Below are positions 49,554-60,405 of a stretch of DNA of 64,000 bases, one piece after another. The stretch covers positions 2,848,001-2,912,000 of the forward strand of contig CAWIPH010000002.1 of the NCBI GenBank assembly GCA_963837955.1. The letters run 5' to 3'. The translations under genes were made by a program, and so were the position numbers. The notes beneath the pieces were generated by a model. The model ran no database searches and had not been told where the DNA came from. It saw nothing but the letters and a program-made list of their open reading frames with translations. This stretch comes from an uncultured Verrucomicrobiae bacterium (GTDB taxonomy: Bacteria > Verrucomicrobiota > Verrucomicrobiia > Chthoniobacterales > JAFAMB01). Each line of letters opens with the position of its first letter. The stretch's first letter is position 1.

Positions 49554-52172
49554 ATGGGAAACCTTTTCTTACTACACGACCGCCCCCATCTGTTTCGGGA
49601 GCGGAAAACGCAATTCGCCAGACGGTCTCTGCTGGTCCTTTCGATTTTCGGATTCAGTCTACTCAATGCTCTCGGGCAGAACGCGAGTCCCTCACCAAGC
49701 CCCGCTGGACCAGCCCAGGAGCTCAGCCAGATCATTGTTACGGCCGGCATTCCGATTGAAGAGACGGTCTTACCGACGATTGCTCCTACTGACTCCGTCA
49801 CCGGATTCGATCAGAACGTACTCGATACTCCGCGCAATGTGAGTGTGATCAGCAAAGCAGAGCTCGAGATTCGGCGAATGGAAGATATTAACAACCTGGA
49901 TCAATTCGCCTCCGGCGTGTACAGCCCGTCCATCTTCGGAGCACAGGGACTGCCGTCGATTCGGGGTGTCCCGAGTGAGCTGTACCAGAACGGCCAACGA
50001 TTACTCTACTATCGAAATAGTTTCCCACCCAGCTTCAATGGCACCGAATCGCTCGACATCGTGAAGGGCCCCGGCACGGCGATTTTCGGTCCATCGAGCA
50101 TCGGTGGCGGGGGCTACGTAAATTTCGTCACCAAAGAACCGTTCATGGACGCCTGGCACGGCAGTATCAGAACGACGATCGGAACTTTTGTTCCGGGAGG
50201 CGACTCTTACAAGAGCCAGGAATGGCAAGTGGATGTCAGTGGGCCGCTGATTAAAGACCAACTTGCGATCCGGGTTAGCTACTTCGGCCGAGAAGCCGAC
50301 AGCTATTATCGCTATCTGAAGGATGACGTGCAGGATATTTTTGTTTCCGTCTACTACACACCACTGAAATGGTTGACGTTTGACTACACTTTTCAATTCC
50401 TGGAATCGCGCTTCAACGAGAATGTTGGTATAAACCGAGTCACCCAGCAACTGATCGACAGCAACACCTATCTTTCGGGTCCCATCACGCCTCTTTTCTT
50501 CGGCGGTGTTGCCGGCCCTCCCTGGGCGGGATATGTGACACCGCTCGGACCAAAGGGCACCTATCTACCAAGCCAGTTTGTGCATATCCATAACTACGAC
50601 GTTCTGGAAGCTTCCAATGATTCCGCCTACGGGAAACATTATATTAGCCAACTCAGCGTGAAAGCCCAGGTTAGTGAGGATTTTCAAATCGTGGAAAAGA
50701 CCCTTTATGAGAATTTGGCGACGCGGAAGTTTTCTGGCTATGGCTATGATGAGTGGGCGCCCGTCAATCAAGTGATCGATTCCAGACTGGAACTCCATTG
50801 GGACTTTCACCTCTTCCAAAGTACGTCAACGGAAAACCATGGTTACGCCAAGGACGGTAAGACCCCGCTCGCGACGACCGTCGAGCATCCTGGAATCCTG
50901 AATCGCCTGGTTGGTGGCGTCGAGTATCGCCACGAGGATCATAAGGATTACCAGGACTTCAACAACGAGCCCTTCGCTGTCTACGATTTGTCGCGGGTCC
51001 CCTTCATGACCTTTCCGCCTTCGGTGGTACTAGCTGGTCACCAGATTCCCGGTTCCGCTTCTATCCCCGGGGGCGGGCATTATACCGGCGCCGGGCCTGG
51101 CCAAGCCGGCGCGGCTTTAGAATCACATCAGGATGACGTCGGATTCTTCATTCAAGATGAGCTCGACCTGACCAAGTGGCTCAGCGGATACGCTGGCTAT
51201 CGCTTAGACTATATTTCCGCCCAGTCCCGCTTTCCGGGGCTCGGCCCGACACTCGATGGTACGTCCGGCCCTATAGCGGCGACTCCCTCGAACGATCAAA
51301 GCGTTTGGAATCCCTCGATATTTGCGAGCATAACCGTCAAACCATTTTCGTGGTTGACCGGCTACGTGACCTACGATCGAACCACTGCAGTGGAGGGCAA
51401 CTCCAATTTCGGTGGCTTGCCGGCCAATTACACGAAGAAAAATCTTTCCAACAAAGTTGAGCTGTACGAGACCGGTCTCAAAGCTAGCCTGTTCAATAAC
51501 ACTCTGTTCGCTCAGTTCGTAAGTTATTACATGACGTACGACCGATACGACGTGAATAACAAAAGGCAGCAGATCCAGTCAAAAGGCATCGAGATGGAAG
51601 CTACTTACCAACCAAGTCGATGCTTCTTTCTCAGCGCCAATTTAACCTTTTCTCATACTCAATATGTCGGCCTGCAATCGACTGCTGGCGATCCGGGTGG
51701 AAACGTGATCTACACCCAAACCGGTGATTATCTGAATACGTTCACTCCGAGTTTTGTTGATACCAATGGTCACCGAGGCAACGGTGGCCCGACAAATCCC
51801 AATGGTGTCGGATTCAGCCCGAACTATCAAGGCTACGCTTCTCCTGTCTCCAGGACCGATTATAGTGGATTTCCGGGCATAATTTTCAATGCCTATGCTT
51901 ACTACCAATTGCCATGTGGCTTGGGTATGAGCATCGGTCCCCAGGTCACAGGTGAAATTTACGAGAATCCGCAGAAGACGCTGAGAATTCCGGCTCAGGT
52001 CACCTGGAATGCCTCGGTCTTCTTTAAACAGAAGAATTGGGAAGTTCAGCTTAATCTCTACAATTTCACAGATGAACGAAACTGGACACCGACTGATCCG
52101 TTTGCTCAGAACGATCTGATCTTTCCGAACGAACCCTTCAGCGCCGACTTATCCGTAAAATTGAAATTCTAA
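49554..52172 (+). CDS. TonB-dependent receptor
   Basis: IIVTA TonB box, DTPRNVSVI plug, LDIVKGP, NFTDERNW, C-terminal VKLKF. Confidence 0.9.
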   Translation: MGNLFLLHDRPHLFRERKTQFARRSLLVLSIFGFSLLNALGQNASPSPSPAGPAQELSQIIVTAGIPIEETVLPTIAPTDSVTGFDQNVLDTPRNVSVISKAELEIRRMEDINNLDQFASGVYSPSIFGAQGLPSIRGVPSELYQNGQRLLYYRNSFPPSFNGTESLDIVKGPGTAIFGPSSIGGGGYVNFVTKEPFMDAWHGSIRTTIGTFVPGGDSYKSQEWQVDVSGPLIKDQLAIRVSYFGREADSYYRYLKDDVQDIFVSVYYTPLKWLTFDYTFQFLESRFNENVGINRVTQQLIDSNTYLSGPITPLFFGGVAGPPWAGYVTPLGPKGTYLPSQFVHIHNYDVLEASNDSAYGKHYISQLSVKAQVSEDFQIVEKTLYENLATRKFSGYGYDEWAPVNQVIDSRLELHWDFHLFQSTSTENHGYAKDGKTPLATTVEHPGILNRLVGGVEYRHEDHKDYQDFNNEPFAVYDLSRVPFMTFPPSVVLAGHQIPGSASIPGGGHYTGAGPGQAGAALESHQDDVGFFIQDELDLTKWLSGYAGYRLDYISAQSRFPGLGPTLDGTSGPIAATPSNDQSVWNPSIFASITVKPFSWLTGYVTYDRTTAVEGNSNFGGLPANYTKKNLSNKVELYETGLKASLFNNTLFAQFVSYYMTYDRYDVNNKRQQIQSKGIEMEATYQPSRCFFLSANLTFSHTQYVGLQSTAGDPGGNVIYTQTGDYLNTFTPSFVDTNGHRGNGGPTNPNGVGFSPNYQGYASPVSRTDYSGFPGIIFNAYAYYQLPCGLGMSIGPQVTGEIYENPQKTLRIPAQVTWNASVFFKQKNWEVQLNLYNFTDERNWTPTDPFAQNDLIFPNEPFSADLSVKLKF

Positions 52173-52313
52173 AACGCTCGTCAGAGCGCTTGGCGCGTTT
52201 GGCCAATCGGCTTTGGGCGTGGGTTTTTATTCCGTAGGGATTTTGTGAAAGTAGCCCAGCCCGGCGGCCGCGCATACGCGTCAACATAAGAATGGTTTGC
52301 CTGCTCCATCGCC

Positions 52314-52436
52314 GGGAGGGCGCGCGTCCCCGCGCGCCGAGAAAACGATCTCTAACCTGGGGGACGCAATTTAACCCTTGGTATACAAACGCGCTTGGGT
52401 CCGGCCACAACGGATCGCGGGGACGCGATCCCTCCC
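52314..52436. repeat. REPIN-like element (inverted GGGAGGG-REP pair)
   Basis: GGGAGGGCGCGCGTCCCCGCGCGCCG ... CGGATCGCGGGGACGCGATCCCTCCC. Confidence 0.75.
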
Positions 52437-52527
52437 CGCCTTGGGTCTCGCGGCCGCGAGGCTGGGTAAGGGTTAGGAAAACGGGTCCGTCCCGCTAGGG
52501 CGACCGAGTACGAGATCGGGGCTCCAT

Positions 52528-53448
52528 ATGCAACTGCGCAAGGCCGGTTTGCGACCTTGGCCCTGCTCGAATACTCTAGATGCCGTGACGCCGGGCAGGA
52601 TCATCAGCAAATCGGGTGGAGAACTTCCATGTGGCTACTGGCAAAGCTTCCGGTGGCTGCCTCACCCGGAGCTGGCGATGCATATTCGCAGGTACAATGG
52701 ATATTTTGAAAGCTCGTCTCGACTCGTTCGACGTCGTGAACTGCCTTCTGGTGAAGTGGCGTTGATCATTTCTTTGGGTCCGCACTACCAGTTGGTTGAT
52801 CCGGTAACCGGGGATTCACTGGGTACTCTCCGGACCTTCGTCGCAGGGCTGGACGATACGTACAGTCTCGTTGATTCAGGGATACCTGGCGCTGCCATAC
52901 AGGTCGATTTTACTCCCATCGGCGCGCGTCAGCTGCTGCAACTTCCGATGCATCTGGTCTCAAAACGGACCACTGAGCTGAATGACCTGTTAGGCCGCGA
53001 AGCCGATCGCCTTATTCAACAGCTTTTCGAAGCTCCGGATTGGCATAGCCGATTTGTCACCTTAGACAATTTTCTGCTCTCGAAGCTTCGACGATCGGAA
53101 AAGCCATCGGACGAAATCCGTTGGGCTTGGCGACAGCTGGATCTCTCACGCGGAGCTATTCCAATCCAACAAATCACGGGTCGCCTAGGCTGGACTCGTA
53201 AACGGCTGATCAAGACTTTCCGGGATGAAATTGGTATCCCGCCAAAAGCTCTCGCCCGGGTTTTACGGTTTCGCCGGGCGCTAGAAGAGCTCAACTCTGG
53301 GAAAATCATCAGCGCCTCCCAGCTTGCCACCGAAAGCGGTTATAGCGACCAAGCGCATATGATCCGGGATTTCAAGGCTTTCTCCGGTTTGACACCGGTC
53401 GAACTGGTCCGCATCTATTCGCCGGATGCCGGGACTATCGACGTATAG
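52528..53448 (+). CDS. AraC family transcriptional regulator (start uncertain)
   Basis: FRDEIGIPPKALARVLRF, GYSDQAHMIRDFKAFSGLTP. Confidence 0.9.
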   Translation: MQLRKAGLRPWPCSNTLDAVTPGRIISKSGGELPCGYWQSFRWLPHPELAMHIRRYNGYFESSSRLVRRRELPSGEVALIISLGPHYQLVDPVTGDSLGTLRTFVAGLDDTYSLVDSGIPGAAIQVDFTPIGARQLLQLPMHLVSKRTTELNDLLGREADRLIQQLFEAPDWHSRFVTLDNFLLSKLRRSEKPSDEIRWAWRQLDLSRGAIPIQQITGRLGWTRKRLIKTFRDEIGIPPKALARVLRFRRALEELNSGKIISASQLATESGYSDQAHMIRDFKAFSGLTPVELVRIYSPDAGTIDV

Positions 53449-55174
53449 GGGGAGAATTCAAGAAACGGAAATTTATGCACGCTAAGGTGCGATGTGCAGG
53501 CATCCAGTTGCGGACGGAGCGTTGTTTTGCCGCTGCTGTGTTCCGCAACTTCGGTCTATGCCTCGGCGAGAACTCCTAACGTCATCTGAACGAGAACAGC
53601 TGCTTGGGCTTCCGCACGATGATGGGGCGCTGCTCAGAGTCGCGAGTCTATCGAGAGAAGATCTTGCTTTTATCGGGCAGCATCGGGGAGATCATAATCG
53701 GTTGGGTGTAGGTATCCAACTGTGCTATCTGCGCCATCTCGGTCAGGTGCTCGGTCCCGACGAGGTGCCTCACGCAAAGCTCCTGGGCCTAGTTGCACCC
53801 CAGCTTAAGGTTTCTCCAGGTGTCTGGGATCTACGCCAATCGCGATCAGACACGGCGCGAGCATTTACAAGAGATCTTGGACCGCCTGGGCCTCAAGCAA
53901 TTTGACCGGGTCGCTCACCGAGAGATCGCGAAATGGTTACTGCCAACCGCGTTGCAAACGACGCAAGGTCTCGTGCTTGCTCAAGCTGTCATTGAGGAAC
54001 TTCGAAGGCGTCGCATCGTCTTGCCACCGGTTCTGGTGATCGAGCGGGTTTGCGCGGAAGTCGCCACCCGGGCGCAGCGTTACGTTCATAGAGCGCTGAC
54101 TGAGTCGCTGACCGATGAGCAACGCAGAAAGCTCGACCAATTATTGGAGTCACCGAATCCCTTTCGCAGTGCACTGGGGCGAGGGAACTACCTCCTCTTC
54201 CGACGGACAGCGTTATCGTGCTGGCGGCCGCGGAGAAGCGGCCGCCGAAATAAACGCCCGTTACGGCAGTGACCCGAGTGTCGCCTTTTACACCCATATC
54301 TCCGATCAGTACGCGCCCTTCCACACCAAGGTTATCAACGTGACAGTTCGGGACGCGACCCACGTTCTGGACGGTCTGCTCTACCACGAATCTGACTTAC
54401 GTATTGAGGAGCACTACACCGATACGTCCGGGTTCACCGACCACGTCTTTGCGCTCTGCCATTTTCTGGGATTTCGTTTTGCTCCGCAGATACGTGATCT
54501 TGTAGACAAGAGACTTTATGTACCCGGAAAACCGGGCCAGTGGCCTGCGCTTGCGCCTTTGATCGGCGGTTCACTAAACCTCAAGCTAATCGAGCAACAC
54601 TTTCTTGAGATTTTGCGCTTGGGCGCATCGATCAAGTGAGGAACGGTTACCGCATCGCTGATACTACGAAAGCTTGGATCATATCCGCGGCAGAATAGCT
54701 TGGCGCTTGCACTGCGCGAGCTAGGGCGCATTGAGCGGACCTTATTTACGCTGGAATGGCTCCAAAGTCCGGAGCTGCGGCGACGCGTCCAGGTCGGCCT
54801 TAACAAAGGAGAAGCACGCAACGCCCTTGCGAGAGCGGTTTTCTTCAATCGAATTGGGCGAAATCCGCGATCGTTTCTTCGAAAATCAACGTTATCGAGC
54901 CAGCGGTTTGAACTTGGTAGTTGCCGCCATCGCTCTGTGGAACACAATGTACCTTGAGCGCGTGATTTTGGCTCTGCGGCAGCAACAGCCGGTCGACGAT
55001 ATTCTGCTAAAACATCTGTCACCGCTGGGCTGGGAGCATATTAATTTGACCGGAGACTACGTTTGGCACGCCAACAAAAGAGTCGCCGCAGGACGTTTTC
55101 GGCCACTTCGATTCCGAAGTATACAAAAGGCCCAGTCTTAACGTGCATAAATTTCCGTTTCTTGACTTCTCCCC
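53449..55174 (+). mobile_element. defective Tn3-family element (1726 bp) with 38-bp terminal inverted repeats
   Basis: IRL GGGGAGAATTCAAGAAACGGAAATTTATGCACGCTAAG (53449-53486) vs IRR 55137-55174, 36/38 match. Confidence 0.92.
53558..55141 (+). pseudogene. tnpA: Tn3-family transposase, internally deleted, frameshifted, with stop codon
   Basis: MPRRELL...HNRLG N-terminus; [47 protein letters not shown] in different frames. Confidence 0.9.
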
Positions 55175-55471
55175 TAATTGGCATGCCCGGAATTGAAAAG
55201 CACCTCGGCTCCTCTCGCAAATCGGGCGGATTCTGGAAATCAATCAGCTCGTCACGGTCACCGCCCCTGTCGTCGACGCAGCGCGTGAGAGCCTGGTAAT
55301 CGGCACAGTTTGAGATTGAGATCCCCGTCCCAGAATGAGACAGCTCATTGTCAGTTTGAGACTAGATTTTTAACGCTACTCAGCGGGCCCCATCGAATCG
55401 GAGGGCTATTGCTCCAGCCGTCCCCGAGCATAAAACGTGCTGCTCGATTGGATATCCCCCACTCAGACCAA

Positions 55472-57922
55472 ATGCCAGGCATCCTATCACATTTGCGTTA
55501 CTCCGCGCGCCAGCTCCTCAAAGCGCCAGGCTTCACAATTACGGCGATCCTCATCCTCGGCTTCGGAATCGGCGCTAACACGGCGATCTTTAGCCTGATC
55601 GATTTCGTTCTTCTTAAGCCGCCGCCGTACCCACGGCCTGAGAGGATGGCTAACGTTTCTATGCCCTGTGAGCACGCGCCCGATGGTTTTTTTGACTATC
55701 CCGACTATCTTGATTACGTCGCTAGCCAACATACCTTTAGCGCTCTGGGATTATCGGTCTGGGAGTGGCTGGACGTGGCGAAGAACGGAAATGCTGAACG
55801 CATCAAATGCAGCTTTGTAACCGCCAGTGCGTTTCAGGCTTTTGAAGTCCCTATTATCATAGGCAGACCGTTCACCGCGGAAGAGGAACAACCGGGGGGA
55901 CGATTATTGGCTGTTATCAGTGAACCCTTCTGGCGAACCCATTTCAGCGCGGATCCAAATGTCATTGGTCAGAATATCGTTCTGAACGGGTACCCTTTTC
56001 AGATCATTGGGGTGTCTCAACCGATTAACAGTGAATATAATGATCCCCCAAAAATCTTACTGCCGTTAAACACGGTGGATGTGGTTTGCCAATGGGGCAA
56101 CTGGCGCGGGCGAGACAATCATTCCCTGTTTTGTGTGGGACGCTTGAAGGACGGTGTTACCCTGGCTCAAGCCCAGGCCGATCTTGAAGTCATCCAGCGT
56201 AATTTGGTGGCTCGTTATCCGGAAGACAAAGGCTACGGGATCCGCGTCGACGGCACTTATTTTGCCGAGACGAAACCGTACAGCGCGACTCTATGGCTGC
56301 TGATTGGCGCAGCGGCGGGACTGCTTCTGATCTCGACGACCAACGTCGCGACTCTTCTGCTGGCCAGAGCATCTGACCGCCAGCGAGAGATGATGATCCG
56401 AACCGCGATGGGAGCCTCGCGGTTTCGCTTGATAGTTCAGTCGCTTCTCGAGAGCGCCTTACTCTCCTTGATGGGCGGGTTATTTGGGATCCCGGTCGCC
56501 CTGTTGGGTATTCAGCTCATGAAGTGGCTCAGTCCTGAAGATATGCCTGGTGTTATCGACCTTTCTCTGAGCCCAGAGGTACTCGGAATTTTCTTTATCG
56601 TGTCGATGTTCACGGCGCTCGCAGCAGGGCTGTTCCCGGCGCTGCTGTCCTCGAAAACAAATGCCGGGACCGCGCTCCGAGGCGCGGGTGACCGCGGTAA
56701 CACAGCTGGACCGCAGCATCGGCTGGCCCAATCGATGATGATGGTCGGCCAGATCTCGCTTGCCTGTGTCCTGCTGATCGGTACTGGATTGCTCGTTCGA
56801 AGCTTCCAGGCTGCACAGGATATTCCGCTGGGATTCGATCCGCACAACGTGCTGATGGCCGAAATCCATTTGATGAATAAGAAGTATCGCGACCAAGCGC
56901 AGGCTGACAGTCTATTCGCTGCGCTCCTGGAAGAGGCCCGCCATCTACCGGGGGTGACGGCGGCTGCCCTTAGTGATAATCCGTTTTGCTTCGTCTGGTT
57001 TCACGATGTTGGTCAACCGTTTACTGTCCCAGGTCAGCCCCTTCCCGAACCGGGGCACGAACCCCGGCTAAATTTGGAGCTGGTTACGCCAGGTTACTTC
57101 AATGCTATGCAAATTTCGCTGCTTGAAGGACGTGATTTTGATGAGATCGATAAACGTCCCTCCGACCAGCGTTTCCAAAATCCTGGTATCATTATCAGCC
57201 GCGCGTTAGCCGAAGCATTTTCCCCCGGCCGTAGCCCCATCGGAAAACAGATAGAATTACCCGCGTCTTACATGGAGGCAAAGACCTACACCGTCATTGG
57301 CGTTGTGGGGAACACGCGACACGCCGGGCTGGATCAGCCTTCGCCAAAGTTCAGTGCCTTTTGTCCCTATTACCAACATCTTACTAATTACCAAGTCCTA
57401 GTCTTGCGGTCGGCCAATGATCCGCGCGGCCTGTTGCCGGCGCTGCGAAGAATCATTGCCTCGATTGACCCCGATCAGCCGCTGGGCAAGGTGATAACCC
57501 TCGATGATGCCGTTGCGCAAGGCCTCGGCGCCAGGAAGTTGACGGCGCTGTTAGTCACCATTTTCTCTGGCACCTCATTATTCCTATCGGCCGTCGGTCT
57601 ATATGGCGTCTTGGCCTATATGGTGAGTCAGCGAACTCGCGAAATCGGTGTCCGTATCGCAATCGGTGCGCTCTCCTGGCATATTCTGATACTGATACTC
57701 AAACGGGGATTCACGATTGTTGGGTTAGGAATTGTTATCGGATTGTTAACCGCTCTTGCCCTTAGTGATTCTCTGGCAGGCCTGCTCTATGGCGTTGGCA
57801 GTAACGATCCAACTACAATTGGGCTAAGCATTTTGATCCTTTGTTTGGCCGCGCTAGTCTCCTGTCTGTTACCCGCCCTGCGCGCTATCCGAATTAATCC
57901 GGTGACAGCGCTGCGTGAATAG
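55472..57922 (+). CDS. duplicated MacB/FtsX-type ABC permease (ADOP-like)
   Basis: LKAPGFT...GIGANTAIFS, REMMIRTAMGA, GLYGVLAY, REIGVRIAIGA, INPVTALRE. Confidence 0.92.
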   Translation: MPGILSHLRYSARQLLKAPGFTITAILILGFGIGANTAIFSLIDFVLLKPPPYPRPERMANVSMPCEHAPDGFFDYPDYLDYVASQHTFSALGLSVWEWLDVAKNGNAERIKCSFVTASAFQAFEVPIIIGRPFTAEEEQPGGRLLAVISEPFWRTHFSADPNVIGQNIVLNGYPFQIIGVSQPINSEYNDPPKILLPLNTVDVVCQWGNWRGRDNHSLFCVGRLKDGVTLAQAQADLEVIQRNLVARYPEDKGYGIRVDGTYFAETKPYSATLWLLIGAAAGLLLISTTNVATLLLARASDRQREMMIRTAMGASRFRLIVQSLLESALLSLMGGLFGIPVALLGIQLMKWLSPEDMPGVIDLSLSPEVLGIFFIVSMFTALAAGLFPALLSSKTNAGTALRGAGDRGNTAGPQHRLAQSMMMVGQISLACVLLIGTGLLVRSFQAAQDIPLGFDPHNVLMAEIHLMNKKYRDQAQADSLFAALLEEARHLPGVTAAALSDNPFCFVWFHDVGQPFTVPGQPLPEPGHEPRLNLELVTPGYFNAMQISLLEGRDFDEIDKRPSDQRFQNPGIIISRALAEAFSPGRSPIGKQIELPASYMEAKTYTVIGVVGNTRHAGLDQPSPKFSAFCPYYQHLTNYQVLVLRSANDPRGLLPALRRIIASIDPDQPLGKVITLDDAVAQGLGARKLTALLVTIFSGTSLFLSAVGLYGVLAYMVSQRTREIGVRIAIGALSWHILILILKRGFTIVGLGIVIGLLTALALSDSLAGLLYGVGSNDPTTIGLSILILCLAALVSCLLPALRAIRINPVTALRE

Positions 57923-58172
57923 CCAATAGCCCAGAAAAACTCACGCAAAGCCCCAAAGACGCCAAGGAAAGATGAGATCCAGAATAGCCGCAAAAAGCGC
58001 AGAGAACGCAAAGAAAAGGAGTTCGAGGAGTTGCAGGAGTTCAGTAGCTCGCGAACTCAGTCGGGAAAAGTCGTGACTTCCAGCTCCTAAACTGATCACT
58101 AACCCCCTGATTACTGGCTTTTTCCACCAATCACCAATCACCTCTCACTTCTAACGAACGCAGTCCGCCCTT

Positions 58173-58300
58173 GTGGCCGGTCAAGTAGCATTAGCCTGTC
58201 TGCTCTTAGTTGGCGGGGGGTTGTTCATTCGCAGTTTTCAGAACATGCAGAGCCTGCCGCTTGGTTTTAACCCGCATCATCTGCTCACCGCGGATATCAC
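58173..58300 (+). pseudogene. fragment of a paralogous ADOP-type permease
   Basis: GQVALACLLLVGGGLFIRSFQ...LGFNPHHLL parallels GQISLACVLLIGTGLLVRSFQ...LGFDPHNVL in the upstream gene. Confidence 0.7.
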
Positions 58301-58634
58301 CGTAACATTGATTCGCGACGCTTCGGCTGGGCCACAATCCAGTTCTTGGTCACGTAATTCTATTTCTATAACGGCTTAATTTATATTCGCTGCAGTTGTG
58401 TTTTCCGCAGTCTACTTGGTGCGTTTCAATGAACTAGAGATCTCGCCTTGGGGACTCGTATTTCTCTCCGCCATGCTGTTTTCTATATTCTGCTTCACGC
58501 TTGAACTCGAGCGGCTTGGCAGAGCGTTAGTCGAGCGCAAAGAGGGTTCCTGAGCACAGCGCGAGGAGTTAACTGCCAATCGTCTTCCCGTTAATAATCG
58601 CTTCGCGGCACACCCGACTAAGACGGACTCAAAC

Positions 58635-59369
58635 TCAAGAATTAACTAATTCTACCTTCCCTGTGTGAAGATCATAAACGCCACCCACGATCTTCAATTT
58701 CTTTTGGCTGACGGCCTCGCTTAGAATAGGACCGGTGATTTGGAGCTTTTGGACCGTTAATAGCACATTCTCTTTAATGGCGTTCGCCAGTAGGTCTCCG
58801 GGTTGATTGAGAACGGCTTTAACTGCGGGCGTGATGGCATTCGTAAACGACGGCATGTGCCCGGGAAACGAGGTGCCGTTTTTTACTTGCTTGATCGTTG
58901 CAGTCACAGCGCCGCAAGACCCATGGCCAAGAACAAATATTAGGGGCGTGCCAAGAGCGCTTACGGTATATTCAAAGCTCGCAATCGAATCTGTGTTGGC
59001 AAAATTGCCGGCTAGCCGGCAAACGAAAACGTCTCCGAGGCCGGTATCGAAGGCGTATTCAGGCCCAATCCGTGAATCTGCGCAACTGAGGACTCCAGCG
59101 AAAGGGTTTTGGCCTAGAGTTAAAGCGGGACGTTCCGCGATAAAGTCGTGACGGCGCATGTTGGCTTTAACATAGCGGTGATTGCCTTCCATCAGGCGAT
59201 CCAAAGCTTGGTCAGGGGAGAGCGCGTTTTGAGGTTTAGGCGGCGCACCTTTTTCAGCCGCTCGAACACTAAGTGGAGCGGCTAATGCCGCGCCCAAAAG
59301 TGCCAGGAACTTGCGGCGAGGTAAATGAACGCGGCCGGTAGGTAACGATTTTTCACATGATGTACACAT
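58635..59369 (-). CDS. beta-class carbonic anhydrase with Tat signal
   Basis: RRKFL signal; CADSR and HGSCGAV zinc motifs. Confidence 0.93.
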   Translation of the reverse strand: MCTSCEKSLPTGRVHLPRRKFLALLGAALAAPLSVRAAEKGAPPKPQNALSPDQALDRLMEGNHRYVKANMRRHDFIAERPALTLGQNPFAGVLSCADSRIGPEYAFDTGLGDVFVCRLAGNFANTDSIASFEYTVSALGTPLIFVLGHGSCGAVTATIKQVKNGTSFPGHMPSFTNAITPAVKAVLNQPGDLLANAIKENVLLTVQKLQITGPILSEAVSQKKLKIVGGVYDLHTGKVELVNS

Positions 59370-59527
59370 GAGAAGGGGAAATTTGCGCGGATTATGCGAA
59401 GCAGCTTCCGCGATGTAAAGAGCGTAATGGGCTGGATTTCGGGAAGTCCCTTTGATACACGCTAATTCAGAATAGGTTATTATTTCGACCCCTCCAGAAA
59501 CAACTTTTTAAAAGCGCATCTGCTTCC

Positions 59528-60085
59528 ATGAAAATCAATTCCTCTCTTGCCCCCATTTTTTTAGCCGTCGCTTCAGTCACTTTCGTGCCGGGTAACACCC
59601 ATGCTGCCAGTGCGGCAGTACTCGAACAGAACGCAAAAGCGGCTCTGCGTGTCCTCTACGCCACCAATCCGAAAGCGGAGGCTATCGGCAAACAAGGTAA
59701 GGCGGTCCTCGTGTTTCCAAACGTAGTAAAGGGCGGGTTTTTAGTCGCGGCGCACCGCGGAGATGGAGCTCTCCTAGTCAACGGAAGGGCGGTCGCTTTC
59801 TACAACGTCGTGGGTGGCTCTTACGGTCTTCAGGCCGGCGTTCAAAAATCCAGCTATGCGATGTTTTTTATGAACGACGCTTCCCTGAACTATCTTAAAA
59901 AAAGTGGCGGATGGGAAGTTGGCACGGCTCCCAGTTTGGTTGTGGTTGATTCCGGGGTTGCAGGCTCGCTTTCGACCACCACCCTTAACAAGGGTATTTA
60001 CGTTTTCTTTTTCAATCAGAAGGGCCTGATGGGCGGACTAGGATTGCAAGGAACAAAGGTTACCCAATACACGCCAAGCAAGTAG
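59528..60085 (+). CDS. YSC84/SYLF-like secreted protein
   Basis: AVLVFPNVVKGGF, GLQAG, KGLMGGLGLQGTK. Confidence 0.85.
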   Translation: MKINSSLAPIFLAVASVTFVPGNTHAASAAVLEQNAKAALRVLYATNPKAEAIGKQGKAVLVFPNVVKGGFLVAAHRGDGALLVNGRAVAFYNVVGGSYGLQAGVQKSSYAMFFMNDASLNYLKKSGGWEVGTAPSLVVVDSGVAGSLSTTTLNKGIYVFFFNQKGLMGGLGLQGTKVTQYTPSK

Positions 60086-60249
60086 GCATGACTATCGCAA
60101 CCGTGGTGGGTGTCTTCCTGGTTCCGGTTTGTTACGTCTTTGTCCAGGGGATCAGTGAGTTCGGGAAAAAACCGGCTCCGGACGTTTCGCCGCCAGAAAG
60201 GAGTCTGCCCCACCACCAGCTACCGCCCACGGAGCGGCGCATTAATTGA
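60085..60249 (+). pseudogene. 3' remnant of an RND permease (last TM helix)
   Basis: GMTIATVVGVFLVPVCYVFVQ resembles [21 protein letters not shown] at the end of the RND at 22558-25761. Confidence 0.55.
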
Positions 60250-60405
60250 CGGACGGCAGCGATCGAATCGTGGCCGAGCGCGCCCCGACTGTGCGGATAC
60301 TCCGACAATAAACCAATGGCCGCGACGCGACGTCGGACAGACCGTCTTAGTTGCCGCGCGATGAACTGAAAGCATGCGGCAAATTCACGCCTGAAGAAAC
60401 AACCG

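Noticed and set aside
57925..58150. Short low-complexity repeats (GGAGTT.., AATCACC..; also GATTCT runs near 2210-2240)
   Set aside because: Degenerate intergenic simple repeats with no definable unit or function
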